64,000 nt of DNA from Balanoglossus misakiensis (lineage: Eukaryota > Animalia > Hemichordata). Position 1 is the first letter of the stretch; the number at the start of each line of letters is the position of its first letter. The position numbers and the translations under genes are program-made. Below are positions 63,681-64,000 of the stretch, in pieces. Under the pieces are notes generated by a model. That model was not told the origin of the DNA and searched no databases. It saw only the letters and a program-made list of their open reading frames with translations. The stretch covers positions 18,060,728-18,124,727 of the forward strand of contig CM082578.2 in the NCBI GenBank assembly GCA_040954595.2, read 5' to 3'.

Positions 63681-64000
63681 TAGGGATTTCCACCCCAGAT
63701 TTTGTCAACAAAGTCGGGTGTTTAACCCCTTGATTCATGACAATGCAGAGTTTTAAATCAGCATTTGTTGGCAAAATTGCAACTTAAGCCACCCATTTCT
63801 TGAATAGAATTCTTGGAATCAAATACCCCCTGTCTCATTTTTATAAAACTTTAAGCCATATTTTAGTACAAATAATATGAAGTTTTAAATTTGACCACAC
63901 GGTGGAAATGGCCAGAGTATGAAATAGTCTCTTCACTACTAATAAAAACACACAATATATCTGACAAAAATAATCATTCTTTGGCATATATGAAATAGGG

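Overview
AT-rich, intron-containing animal genomic DNA (probably a marine invertebrate deuterostome; this is an inference). I reconstructed four genes from splice sites and reading frames. LIN37 (-, 7 coding exons, 255 aa) lies head-to-head with RRP9/U3-55K (+, 12 exons, 472 aa). A secreted modular trypsin-family protease (-, 9 exons, 757 aa) has an unusual signal-CUB-CUB-Ig-Ig-protease layout. An inner-arm axonemal dynein heavy chain (DNAH3-like, -) runs from beyond the window end to a stop at 18189. The most striking signal is in the dynein: seven expanded motor-domain introns each contain candidate cassette exons or microexons (6-552 nt, about 17 in total). Each matches its host intron phase and is stop-free, and several have long AG-exclusion zones and nearby Rbfox/Nova-type motifs. 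The largest encodes a 184-aa disordered insert with a PP1 RVxF motif. Also present are a likely U12-type intron, a CDE/CHR-like element in the LIN37 promoter, a TTAA-flanked MITE family, a tRNA-derived SINE and microsatellites. All exon calls were read by eye and need RNA-seq confirmation.
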